Assembly (NCBI RefSeq): GCF_009914755.1
Contig: NC_060931.1
From: the human T2T-CHM13v2.0 reference genome, Homo sapiens
DNA length: 64,000 nt
Direction: 5' to 3' (one strand)
The position numbers and the translations under genes are program-made. The notes beneath the pieces are model-generated. The model was given only the letters and a program-made list of their open reading frames with translations. It made no database searches and was not told the DNA's origin. Shown here one piece after another: positions 21,443-34,660 of the stretch; within the stretch, counting starts at the first letter, position 1; each line of letters starts with the position of its first letter.

Positions 21443-21521
21443 ATGTGGTCTGACTTACTCTTTGAAAGAGTGACTGCCCCCAGGAGACAGTTACTCTTTC
21501 AAAGAGTAAGTCAGACCATAT
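21443..21521. repeat. ~79-bp near-perfect inverted repeat (hairpin/cruciform)
   Basis: atgtggtctgacttactctttgaaagagtgactg (21443-21476) pairs with cagttactctttcaaagagtaagtcagaccatat (21488-21521), 32 of 34 positions Watson-Crick. Confidence 0.95.
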
Positions 21522-22054
21522 CATGCTGTTGGTCGAATCCCAGCAAATGGCTCCCCATTTCACTCTGAGGGAAAGCCAAGGACCTAAGAAGGCCTATGTG
21601 GCTATAGGCCCACCCCAAATTCACTGCTGTTACCTCCCTGACCTCATCTGCATCCACACTAGTCTCTTTTCTCTTCTTTGAACATGCCAGCCACCCTCCT
21701 GCCTCTATAGGACCTTTGCACAAGCTCTTCCCTCTTCCTGAAATGTTCTTCCCTAAGAAATCCACAAGGCTGTCTCCCTCACCTCCTCCGGTCTCTGCTC
21801 AGATATTATCTACTCATAAGGCCATCCACTAAAATTACATCACACACTTCTAACCCCCTACCGTGCTCTCCTTGATTTGCCATAGCAGTTTTCACCTTCT
21901 AACATACTATATAATGTTTGTATTTATTATATTTATTGCTAATAGAAGCAATATCCACAAAGTCTCATTTTTGTCTCTTTTGCTTATGATACATCCCAAG
22001 CACCTAGAAGACAGACTGGCATACTTACATATGTTCAGTGAACATTCATTTACT

Positions 22055-22225
22055 ATTTTATTTTAATTTTTTTGACACAGAGTCTCACTCTGTTGCCCAG
22101 GCATGAGTGCAGTGGCATGATCACGACTCACTGCAGCCTCAACCTCCTGGGCTCAAACAATCCTCTGGCCTCAGCCTCCTGAGTAGCTGGGACTACATGC
22201 ATGTGCTACCATGCCCAGCTAATTT
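22055..22225 (-). mobile_element. Alu right-monomer fragment (AluJ/FRAM-like)
   Basis: gagtctcactctgttgcccagg...ctcactgcagcctcaacctcctgggctcaa...cccagctaattt. Confidence 0.85.
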
Positions 22226-23529
22226 CAATAATCATTTATTGAATAAATTTCTGAAATAAAACTTTGTACAACTAGCAAGGATTGACTAGTGGAGCCAGTA
22301 TCCTTCACTTTAAGCAGAAAGAAGATCTGATTTTAAAACTTGTATATGAACTAATTTCCTTTATATGTAAAACAAAAGCAGATTCTATTTTGAAGGACAT
22401 ATTAGCATTATTCATCTCACAACCCTGGCAAAGAGTGTGTGTACACCGTTATTTAAGTATATACATAGCAGGAAAATATAGCAAATATGATTGTTCACAA
22501 AATCACCACAGTATGGTAATTTAAGATAGATTGACGTCTGTGGAAGATTTATTTCTTTCTAAAACTGGCATAATAATCACAATGGGAACTATTAATACAT
22601 CAAATTTCATTTTTCAAAACCAACAGAAGCCAGTTGGGGAACTTTTGGAAGACTAGTATTCTAATGGATTAAAAATCTATTTTCTGCTTTGAAATTTAAG
22701 AGGTACCATTTAAAGGCATAATTGCATATGCCTTTTATAAAGTCTTATAAAAGCTCACTGTCTTTATGCCAACAAAGAGGAATTGTAATGAATGTGTTAG
22801 GACTACTCTCTAAATGTCATCTCCTCAAATATGAATTCACAGGAAAAGCTGTCCATTTCCAAGACAAGCTTCCTTGTAGAAACCACAACTAGAAAGCATC
22901 AAGTGTCTCATTTATTTCTAATTTAATTATTAATCTAAGAGGGCCATGGAAACTGTAACAATATTGCATAATGATTGGCTGATCTAGTGACAGGCAATGA
23001 TGGAGTAAGGCTCCTCCACCTTAGCTCTTTAATATATTAATATGAGTCTTTAAAAGTAGGACCTAGATCAGATCAATCAAGAATTTACTAAATATATACC
23101 CTATCATGGGGCAAAACCAAAGCATATAAAAGAACCAACAGACACAATACCCTTAGCTTTATTCATGTCAAACAAGTACATTCACTTTTATTGCATTCAT
23201 TGTGATCCTGCTGCTTTATAGTGATAATTTGATCACAAAGGTATCAATTTAAAAAAATCAAATCCAGCTGTACCAAGTAAGTGCCTACCTGCTAGGCCAA
23301 CCATGTATACCAACCTGTGAGTGAACACTACTGAACTTCCACTACTGAACACTAGGATTTAGAAAAGAATCACTTCACAAGTTTAGGGTTCTCTTTAATA
23401 ATGGAATCCAATAATTGTTTGTTGAATTAAAGTATATATGAATGAATCATTTTGTGGGTCTAACAGTATTACTGCAGGTGGAGCTTGGTCATCACCCACC
23501 AAGTAGCCTCCATACATTCATTCAAGTGT

Positions 23530-24130
23530 TCCTTACTTTGCTTATTCATTCAACAAATATTTATTAAGTGCCTACTATTTGCCAGATACTCTGCTAGGTG
23601 CTGGGAAGGAGAGGGGGATAAAAGAAACACAGCCTCTGTGCTCACAGAATTTCTTTTTACTTTGAGAAGGCAGATAATCAACAAAGAAAGAAATATTTTC
23701 AGATAATGATAGTGCTATGAAAACAATAAAACAGGATAACATGATAAAATGATGGAGAATGGGGTAGGGGCAGGATAGTGTGGTCAAGGGTGGTCTCTCT
23801 AAGGACATAATATCGGAGCTAATACTGTCATAAAGAGAAGGAACCAGCCATGTCAAATGCCAAGATAGAAGAAACAATAATGCAAAGGCTCAAAGGAGTG
23901 AATATTGTTTTTGAGGAACAGGATGAAAGCCAATGTGCTCTGATTGTATTGAGTGAGATAAAGTGAGATGCAAGATAAAGTCAACAAGGTGGACAGCATC
24001 CAGATTACAACATACCAGATTAGTGGTTTTCTTTCTTTTTTTTTAATCTTTAAAAAATATTATAGGAATACCTTAGAAGCTTTTTAAGCAAGGAAGTGAT
24101 ATGGACTGAATTCTTTTTCTAAAATAATAT
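23530..24130 (-). mobile_element. L2 fragment
   Basis: cattcaacaaatatttattaagtgcctact (reverse complement of the L2 3' end) and downstream motifs. Confidence 0.7.
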
Positions 24131-24139
24131 TCTACCTAT

Positions 24140-25150
24140 ACAGAATGACTATGTGGGTTTTAAAAAATCAAATAGAACTTCTGGAAATGAAAAATGTAAC
24201 TGAAACTAAAAACTCAATGGACTGGTTAAATGACAGATTTGATACAGCTGAAGAAAGATTTAATGAACTGGAAAATAGAATAGAAAAATAACGGCCATAA
24301 TGTAACTCAGAATGATTAGATTGAAAAAATATATATAAAAAAGATATGTATAGATTGTAGAGAGGAAAGAACTAAAACGTTTAACTAATTGAAGTTTCAG
24401 AAAGATGGTTAGTGGGGCAGAGGGGGAAGAAGACTAGGTCAGAAGCAATCTTTGAAAATATAACACAGAGAATTTTCCAGAAATCATAAAATATACTAGT
24501 CCACAGAATCAGGAATTCTAATGAATCTTAAACAAGATAAATAAAAAGCAATCTACATCTAAACACATAATAGTAAGAATGCAAAACACTAAATAAAAAG
24601 AGAAAGTATCAAAAGCCACCAAAGAAAGGATAAATTACTGTGAAAGGAATAGACTGACAGATAACTTCTCGAGAGCGATAATGGAGACTAAATGACAGAG
24701 GAAAATCTTTCATGCCCTCAGAGGAAAAACTGTACTTGAAATTCTATTCTTAGGAAAATATCTTTTAAGAAGATATTAAGGAGGAAAAAAAGATACTTTC
24801 AGGCAAAGTAAAATGGAAAAAAATTGCTCTAGTAGACTTTTACCAAAAAAAATTCTAAAGAATACAATGCAGGCAGAGAGTGGTTTCAATCTGGGATGCA
24901 AGACGGATTAAAGAGAAAGAGAATAGTAAATACATGAATAAATCTAAATAAACAGTGACTATATCCAAAAATAATATTTTGGGGGCTTAAAAACTGATTA
25001 AAATGTAAAACAACAATATCAGGGTAAAGTAAACAGAATTTAAGTGTTAGAGGATTAAAAATAGAACACCAGTAAAATTTAACCAAAGGACAGTAACTAC
25101 ATTAATTTCAGATAATAAAAGACTTTAAGGCCAAAAGCATTACTAAACAC
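24140..25150 (+). mobile_element. Old L1M ORF1-region fragment
   Basis: aaatagaacttctggaaatgaaaaat...aactcaatggactggttaaatgacagatttgatacagctgaagaaaga; A-rich. Confidence 0.7.
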
Positions 25151-28100
25151 AGGGTCCTAACGAAGTCATCACAACCAATATCCTATTCTCTTTTCTTCTA
25201 TTTCTTTTTCCATTTTCTTCTTAATTCCATTTCTGTGTCTCTCTGCCTCCATTTCTCTTCATTTTAATACTGTTTGTTCTTCTCATTTGGCTTTCTTAGA
25301 GCAGGGTAGGCACTAGTTCCTACATTACAGCCGTGCTCATGATTCCCGCTCTGACAATGTGAAAGTTGTTCTGAAGAACTGCCGCTGAAGAATTTTTGCA
25401 AGATCAAAGACAAATTGCTCTGGGGCTAAATATCTTTATGGACTGCCAATTTGAGCCACAAATACTCAAACCTTCATTATCTTTCCTTTGTTAGAGATTC
25501 TGTAAGTAACCCTGAGCAGGTAATTTACTTCATTTCCCCTCACTTCTTATAATTAAAACAAAAAGACTTATCTGCAACTAGGTAAGGAAAGGTGCTGATG
25601 ATAAAAAACCAACAATTGTAAAGTTCTTAAGGTGTTTGTAAGAGCAATAAAAACCTGTTTAGATTACATACTATGCACTAATTTGTCACAGAGGATTGCA
25701 GTACAAAAATACATGTCCTTCAACCAGTCAAACAGGAAAGAACTTGGTAAGTCTTTGAATGTATGAGAAGTGATTATTACAGCCCCACCCAAGTGCAGCT
25801 ACACATGCCAGCCCAGATCCTGCTGTTGTTTTTCCTTGTAAAGCTAGCATTGATTTCAAAAGGTCACTAAATGCAACTCCTGGATTCTGAAGAACTGTAC
25901 TTAGGGAAAAAGAATTGCTCTTTATGTAATACTTCTATCTTATAAAAAAAATAGATTATCAGGAAAAAAAGACCTCACTTTATATACCTCACATCTCCAT
26001 GTGTCAACTTTAAATTTCAAGATGCAAATTAAAATTTTGAGTGACACTTTGTTTTTAAGAACTCAAATTGATTAGTTTTCTCTCTCTAACATTTATTCTG
26101 ATTTGATTACTCCCTAACGCATGATTACTTCAAGTAGGTCGTGTGAAGAGCAGCTCTGAGTGATTTGGGAGATGTTGTTTAACATCTCTGTGCCTTACTT
26201 TTCTATAGCCTACCTCACAGGATGGTGAGGCTTGAATAAAATAATACATCATATTTAGAGAGTATAATATTTCCCTACCTCTCATCAGGAGCCCAAAGCT
26301 CTAAGTACTAAAAATACCTCTTACCTTGCTAAAAGGAGATGGAGAAAAATTTATACTAGTAACTTACTTCTGACCAACCACTGATGGGTAGGAAAAGGAT
26401 AAAATGCCTTTTATAAATTTTCAACAATGAAATTCATGCGCTATAAAGGTGGTAGGAGCAGCTAAGAGTAACTTATTCATGTCTTTCACTTGACTTGGTT
26501 TTATATGGACAGAATCTGTTACAAGAATGAAAAAATAAATATATGATGTCTACATCTTTATATATTAGACAGATATGAGTAGGTGGGTAGGAGGAAGGGA
26601 GAGAGAAAGAAAGAAATGAAGGAAAAGGAGAGAAAAAAAACCAATTTAAACCAGCAGCATGTGTACCATAATTATAAATTATGGACTATTATAGCATGAT
26701 GAGTAGTTTTAGTATATGACAGTTCAAATGAAATCTTTCACATGATTTTCTAACTTTTGGTGATATTTTCAAATCTCCTTTTTAAATATTCAGAATCAGC
26801 ACATGGTACTGAACAATGTCTTATCTTTATTACCAAGTCAGCAGCCATTTTTATTTTTCTTTTGGAATTTGGAAACTATAGTAAACCTTGAGGTAGGGCA
26901 CCCTATTTAATTCAAAAACGTGATTTCAAAATTTGCTTTTCCTTTTTGTTTCATGGCAGTGTAGGGAGTGTGGTATTTCAGCAAATCTGTGACTGTCACT
27001 GTCATCACACAGGGCCTTGTTCATAGCAAATAGGCAAGAAATATAAGCCGGTAATAATGATGATTCAAGCCCCACTCAATTGAGAGCCTAAAGTTTTCAT
27101 TCCAAATCTGATTTGGAGAATTGGCTATTAAAAAGGAAAATTTAATAAGGAGATTGAAAGAGGAAAACAGCCTACTATATCCTCAGATTCTGATTTAGGA
27201 ATTATTTTTTAAAAATTATCCTTTTTCTTAACTGGCTTGAAGGAATGAAAGCAACTTGGTCCAGGAGGAAAATGAAAGCGTGAACTAGTAAGTGAAAAAC
27301 ACAAATGGCCACAGATCCAGCCTCAGTTAATAAATGCAAATGTGCCCTGATGTGTACTACCCTACAGAGAATACTGTGGACTTTTGATTTTGGTTTATAA
27401 CCCAGGTAATTGTTTACAATTTGGTTTTAAAAATAATAAAGGTATAGAGACGCTTTCAATGTCTATAACCAGGTTTGTAGATTTTGATCACCAAGATAAT
27501 TTTAAGCCACACCCTCGACCCCCTGCCACAATTGACTTGGCAGGTATAATCCTAAAACACCAAACTATTCAAAACTTGAGGCCTCTCATGTGGTCTCGAC
27601 TCCTCCTTTTTATGAAGTGGAGTCATCGTGTGAATTTCAAAATTACAATAAGAGATAAGTCACAGAGGTTAATTCAAAGAGAGTTTCTGGTGCACTCAAA
27701 CACATCGTCTATGCTATGCCGTTAAGTGGATAACTTATTGTTTCTATTACTTTCTGAGGTGTGTTCAACTTGAATGCAGTGATTTTACTACTACCAAGAT
27801 TGGTTTTGTCTTCCTTTTTTTTTTTTAAATGCTGTTGTTTATTTGCAGTCAAGAAGGAGAAAAAAACCTTTAAGTTCAAATGCCAAAGTCATAATATTAA
27901 AATATATGTGTGTTGCTCTCTTCATAATTAACACCATTGTACAGCATGGTTATGAGTTTAGAAGATGAAGGAAAAATTCCTCATGTCAATACTTTTTAAC
28001 CCTTCTGCAGGTACTTACAACTTAGTGTACTTCAAACCCATCTCTGACTTTTTTAATAAATGAGATTCCTTTTTCCCCCTTAAGTTAGTTAAATTTCAAC

Positions 28101-29074
28101 GAATAAATCGTTTCTATTTGGCCTTCAAGCATGGCAATTTTCTGTGCTGTAAAAGGTTCATTCTAACCACAAATCTAGTCAAGTGGATTCTGGAAACACT
28201 TTCAAAGCAATCAGGTCACAGGTAGGAGCCAGGCAGAAGGTTGGCAGGCTCCATGTGAGATTTCCACTACAGAATCCTGACATTCTTTCAAACATTATCT
28301 TTTCTTGTAAAGGGAAGCCAGAGGTAGCAAAGACACCTGATTCTATTAAAAGAGCCCTTGGAGTTTACAGAAACACAGTTACTGTGGCACAACTGAGACA
28401 AACCAAAAGAAATCTTCCTAAGAAATGACATTAATCTTAAGCACAGAGTCAAGAATCTTATAACGTTCCACATTATGCCCCAAATTCCTGAATCAGAGAG
28501 CTTTGGAGGAAGAAGCAATTTTCTGGCTGTGCCCATTTATGCTACACTCTGCAAGGTGAGCTGACCCACCCATCTTCACACCCCTGTTTGGTCTCAAATG
28601 CTGCTGGCATCCCAAGCAATCACCCAGGACTCCAAACCTTCCCTTATTCTCCTTCAGGAGCCTAACTGCTACTCCTCTTTTTCTCCTGAAATCAGGCTCT
28701 TTGTGCCAGCTTTGTCCCCCTCCCCTGATCCTTTCCTGCTCATCTCTCCCCAGCCTTTGAATCATGGTGCTCCTACTAAATTCCAGGTGTCCCTCATTCT
28801 CTGGCCCTGGCTTTGCTATGGACATGAATGAACTTTCCTGGTCCTACCAAAAACCCCAAGCCCCCTCCAGCTCTTTGGCGAGTTCTCAGCCTGTCTACTG
28901 ACAATTTCTAAGTCATCCATGAGTAATACTGATGCTGTTTGAAATAAGAAAGAAGATTATCAATGCTCTAAGCTTCTCTTTTTAGGATAGGATAAAATAA
29001 ATGACGGGCTAAACCCAGTCCTTATAAGCCCAGGTGTCTGTGCCCACAGTATCAGGAGAATGACGGGGCATTCT

Positions 29075-29565
29075 GGAAGTTGCCATGGAGACCACCATAC
29101 TTTCTGTTCTCTTCTGGAGGCACCAATATACTTCAGAGCAAAAAATAACTTAAAATTTCCATCCTTCCTAGAAACAGGCTAAATTATGAATGGCAATGAT
29201 TGTTGACTCTTCACCAAACCTCTGGTTCCTTTTCCTCCTGGGCACACAGCATGACTACCTTTCCAAGCCACTTTGCAATTAAGTACAGCCATGCAACTAG
29301 TTCTCACCAATAAAATGTGAGCAGAGGGGATACATGTCAAGTCCTGGCCACGAGTTTATGAAGCAGGTATACCCCTTCTACATGCTCCCTTTTTGCCTGC
29401 TGGGTGTAAGTGATAAAGAGGCCCAGCCAACAGAAGAACCATAAATGGAAGACAAGGTTTTCTAAAATTCTGTGTGGAAGAAAATCACCCACCAACCAGG
29501 AACACACACATTGGACGGTTATGTGAGCAAAACCCTCTACTATGTTTGAACCATTATACATTTGG
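29075..29565 (+). repeat. 491-bp local duplication, copy 1 (contains an MLT1I/J-like LTR that continues to ~29610)
   Basis: About 20 substitutions and no indels versus 30451-30941 by manual alignment. Confidence 0.95.
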
Positions 29566-30450
29566 GTGTCTGTTTGGTATTGGAGCAATGTCTACACTAA
29601 CTAATGTAACCAATATATTATGCTTAAGAGCATTAAATCACTTGAGTATTAGAATTCTAGGCCTTGTTCCTGGAAAATACAAGAGGGACTAGCGAAAGGG
29701 AAGGGAAGCAGGTGGAAATAATAATGTGAATAGCTGCAAACATTTTCCATATATATAACCATGTATTACATGCATTACACATACTATCTAATTTCAATCA
29801 TTCCTCACAACAACTTTAGGAAACAGTACTGTATTATCCCATTACTCAGATATGGAAACTGAGGGAGAGATGAAATACTCAGGAAGTGGAGAAGCCATGA
29901 TTCAAATCTGTTGACTCCATAGCCCACACTCTGGTGGAATATCAACTCTGTGTCCTAGACATTTTATACAATTTTTTCTTTTTAACACTGTGTAAAATAA
30001 GCCTTATTAGCCCCATTTTAAAGATTAGTAAGCTGAGATTCAACAAAGATAAATGATTTGTCTAAGGTTACAACTAGAAAAAATCGAAACCCAGATTCAG
30101 GCCAAGATCTGACTGGCTCTAAAGCCACTGAGAAATGAGTCCCTCATTCTCTTTCCCTTACACCACAGAGGTCAGAATACAGATGGGGGGAGATATCATG
30201 CAGAATGTATTTCACTCTATTTATGGGCTTCAGATGTCTCAGAGGTTGATCTGTTAGGCCTGTGACTGTGTGACCACTGCAGTCATTACTATTTGCCAGT
30301 TTTGGGGACCCCAGGGTTTCTGTTGGATAGAGGTCACCAAATTACCCAGCCTGTCATTGAGGCTATTTTTTAAAACTGATAACAAACTTGTTAGGCATGG
30401 AATAGTCAGTCCCTCCTTTGCTATAGCCCCATAAGAGGAATTCTCAGCCA

Positions 30451-30941
30451 GGAAGTTGCCATGTAGACCACCATACTTTCTGTTCTCTTCTGGAGGCACC
30501 AATATACTTCAGAGCAACAAATGACTTAAAATTTCCATCCTCCCTAGAAACAGGCTAAATTATGAATGGCAATGATTGTTGACTCTTCACCAAACTTCTG
30601 GTTCCTTTTCTTCCTGGGCACACAGCATGAGTACCTTTCCAAGCCACTTTGCAATTAAGTACAGCCGCGCAACTAGTTCTCACCAATAAAACCTGAGCAG
30701 AGGGGATATGTGTCAAGTCCTGGCCAAGAGTTTATGAAGCAGGTATACCCCTTCTACATACTCCCTTTTTGCCTGCTGGGTTTAAGTGGTAAAGAGGCCC
30801 AGCCAACAGAAGAACCATAAATGGAAGACAAGGTTTTTTAAAATTCTGTGTGGAAGAAAATCACCCACCAACCAGGAACACACACATTGTACTGTTATGT
30901 GAGCAAAACCCTCTACTATGTTTGAACCATTATACATTTGG
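30451..30941 (+). repeat. 491-bp local duplication, copy 2
   Basis: Offset 1376 bp from copy 1; near-identical ORFs 29337..29588 and 30782..31033 reflect the duplication. Confidence 0.95.
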
Positions 30942-32570
30942 TTCAAATGGGTGGGTGGGTCAGTCATATTCAAGCCTACAGGAAGAGCAAAAGGCAGTGG
31001 CATAGAAGCTAATTCTCTCAATGAATAAAGCATTTATGCATAGGAAGAGTTATAGTAGAGCCAGTCCACAAATCTACCTCACAAAGTCTTTAAAGTCAAG
31101 GAGGGCTACCAGGAATTGTGTTTATATAAGGACTTCTGGGTCCTCTGAAAATAAGTACTAAGGGAATGTCAGGGCTGATCAGGACACTGGAACGGACTTA
31201 AACAAGGATGGAGATGGGGAAACTGGCATAACTCCCAATTAGAAATGAAGAATGGGGAGAAGCCATCCACATCTGTCTCCGTGCTTTTTAACCTGGGTGG
31301 TGCACCCTCTGATCACATCCCTCCTGGCCTCACAATGGCTACTTGGCATATAAAGGAATTCCTCCAGGTCCAGACCCATTCCTTCTCCCTTCTGACTTAA
31401 TCTGTGGGACTTCTGATATATCTGGAGTCTATATCTGGGTTACTGCTGGAGGCTTACAGTGGGACAAGATGGCAGCATCATATAACTTCCTGGCCTGTGA
31501 CATGAACCTGAAAGTCCAAGGCCATTTTAGGATCAAACAGCCACAGTCCCATATTCATTGATCCAAACAACAGACATCTGTGGTTGGGAAAAAGCCCAAG
31601 GCCCTGAAGGAGCTGGAGTTCCACTTCAGGGCAGAGCCAGTTGGGCCAGCAGAGGAATGGCAGGAGGCTGCCATGGTACTAAATAAAGAGGGGCGAGCCC
31701 ATCGTGCTCTCAGGGTTTTCCAGGACCAGAGCTACCACAGCAGCAGCCCTGGGTGGTCCCAGAGCCCCAGGAAAGGCCGGGGAAAGAAGTTCCCAGAAGA
31801 TCATACTCTTCCACATAGAGAATCAAGAGAATAGGAAGGGGCATGGAAAGAGAAGCCCTTCTACTCCCACATTCCTTCCAGTCATGTCCATTCATTCTAC
31901 AAATGGTAGCCAGAGTGAGTCTCTTCCAAACTGATCAGATCATTCTTCTCTGACTTCCAGTTGCTCCTAGGATTAAGGCCAAACTCATTACTTGGCCTAT
32001 AGGACCTCACAAGGGCCCTGCCTACTGCTGTAATCTAAATTCACTCCATTGTGCCATCCTCTATACTCTCCAGAACTCAAAGTTTAATTATTTTATAGCC
32101 TGTAAATTCCATGAGGACTAAGTTCACATATTTTTACTCACTACTTTATACTAGCACTTGGCTTATTTGCCTGACATAGGTGATGCTCAATCCGTATTGG
32201 TTGGTCAGCTGAATGAATGAATGACTGGCTGAAGAGCCAATATTCTAGCAACTAAGTTAGGTTGAAGCAAATCACTTGTGATTGCAGCTACAACCCTTAT
32301 TTCTCCCATAAGTGGAAGGGGATAGAGAGACAGAGTACAGTTCAGGCTTCTGTGTTAAAGGTTAACAGCAACAAAGCTTTCCGTCAAAGGCTACTAAGCA
32401 CACACACCTGCAAGCAGATTTCACTGATTCAAATGCTCTTTGGAAAGGGGTAGGAAATAAGTCAACAAATGAATGTAAGAAATGAAATTTTACTGTTCCT
32501 ATATCCTTGAAATGACTCAGAAGAATGCCACCAATTTGGTTTTTCAGTTCCCTCCCTTTTGCAGTGATGG

Positions 32571-32607
32571 TATTTCGTCGGTGCAAAAGTAATTGCGGTT
32601 TTTGCCA
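32571..32607 (+). mobile_element. Half MADE1 / solo Hsmar1 terminal inverted repeat
   Basis: ggtgcaaaagtaattgcggtttttgcca matches the MADE1 arm; the second arm is absent. Confidence 0.88.
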
Positions 32608-32705
32608 CAGTCAGGAAAATGAGATGGAAGTCCTGAGGGACGAACCTCTGCCCTGCTACCAACTGGATGCCAGGCAATCCAATATGTCTAAAGAGGTTTT
32701 TCTGG

Positions 32706-32974
32706 TTGTTTTGTTTGTTTTTTGAGACAGAGTCTAACTCTGTTGCCCAGGCAGGAGTGCAGTGGTGCGATCTTGGCTCACTGCAACCTCCGCCTCCAGG
32801 ATTCAAGCGATTCTCCTGCCTCAGCCTCCTGAGTAGCTGAGATTACAGGTACGCACCACCATGCCTGGCTAATTTTTGTATTTTTAGTAGAGATGGGGTT
32901 TCACCATATTGGTGAGGCTGGTCTCAAACTCCTGACCTCATGATCCACCCACCTCGGCCTCCCAAAGTGCTGGG
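32706..32974 (-). mobile_element. AluS (Sg/Sc-like), lacking its first ~25 nt
   Basis: Reverse-complement Alu ending at caaagtgctggg, directly abutting a second Alu. Confidence 0.9.
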
Positions 32975-32977
32975 TAG

Positions 32978-33274
<297 letters not shown>

Positions 33275-34459
33275 TAGAGAAGTTTTATGAGTGAGCCTTA
33301 GTCAGGGCTCACTGCTAAGCAGCATCAGGCTACAGCCCTAAGTGAAGGAAAAGCTTATCTCATTTCTGATAAGATGGGATACGTGGCAGTTTTGATTTTG
33401 GTGCTTTCCTGTGATGGGAGGCTTCAGGACCTGGTTTCACCCAGGATGGAGTTTAGACACAGCATAACCCTGAGGGCATAAGGAGAGGCAGGAAGCCAGA
33501 TAAGTTATAGTCGGTAAGGATTAATTAAACACAACCCAGGTGAGAATGAGGAAGTAGTTCCCAGATAACAAAGTGGAGAAAACCGGCCCCAGGCCTAAAG
33601 ACGTGGCAGCAATAACCTAACAGCATGTGTGAACTGAGCTCATGTTGGTGACAGGACCTGTGGTTTGGCATAGGTTTATTCCCTAAGCAAACTCATGCAA
33701 AACTGGGTATACAGCACTACCACCTTCTAACCACAGAATTTAAAGATTAAGTATGAGATTGGTGTTGTTTATGAGAAAGCAGAGTGTTGCTGTATTTTCT
33801 TTCCAGGGCTTGTACAATATGGGCAACATGCCTATTTGGCCTTTGCTTAGATACTCAGCCCGAGAGATGAACAACAGTTATTTAGAAGACCTGCTGTAGA
33901 AGCTCTAGACATTGTGTGATAAAACTGGAGATTTAACACACATTCTATGAGTTCTGCTCTTGACTAAGCTTACTCTCTCTACACAGAAGTAGGCAGTTTA
34001 ATTTCAACACAGGATTTTCACATTATCTTAAGCTCCTACTGTCTCCTACTGACTAAGAAGTTCTGCTATTTGAAAAGGAGTTTATTTTGAATGTTCCCAC
34101 AGTTTTAGAATCAATCTCAATCATCCAGAGGTGAATAACTCAGTTTCAAAGCTTAAGCATGGTAAAAATATATATATATATAAATGTATGTAAAATAAAA
34201 AACCAGCTTATGACGGGGGCAGCAGTGGAATCGGAAAAAAAGAGAGTGAACCGATAAGAACAACATCATCAACATATTAGAAGCAGAAGAGGGAATTTTT
34301 TAGAATTACATAGTAATGTTTAGATGCCAAATTTGTCTACTGAGACATGAGAGACCCTGAGAGTCCCAGCATGCTGGACAAGCTTGTTGCTGCTGACGCA
34401 GAAGCAAAGTGACATGCAGATGGCTATGAATTCCAGTAACACAGACTCAGGGCCTAGAA

Positions 34460-34629
34460 TAGAGGTTCTCACCTTGGCTGCTCAGGAGAATCCCTTGGAG
34501 AGCTTTGAAAACCACAGCACTCACACTCTACTCCCAGAGATTCGGATTTCGTTCCTCTGGGAAAGGGCATTAGTACTATCCAAAAGCTCCCTAGGTGATT
34601 CCACTGTGAGCTAAGATTGGGAAGCCCTG
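34460..34629. mobile_element. MER5-like hAT-Charlie relic
   Basis: gttctcaccttggctgc...gaatcccttggagagcttt...cccagagattcggattt...aagctccctaggtgattc. Confidence 0.7.
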
Positions 34630-34660
34630 GGCTACCATGGAGGATACAGGTGAGGAAGGT

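Larger units (their letters stand above)
21170..22050 (+). mobile_element. L2 3' fragment, interrupted at ~21227-21480 by a retroposed insert
   Basis: taagtcagaccatatca...aatggctccccatttcactc...ctttgcacaagctcttccctcttcctgaaatgttctt L2 motifs. Confidence 0.7.

Noticed and set aside
29337-31033. Two near-identical 83-aa ORFs suggesting a duplicated small gene
   Set aside because: By-product of the 491-bp duplication of LTR-derived DNA; non-ATG starts and differing ends
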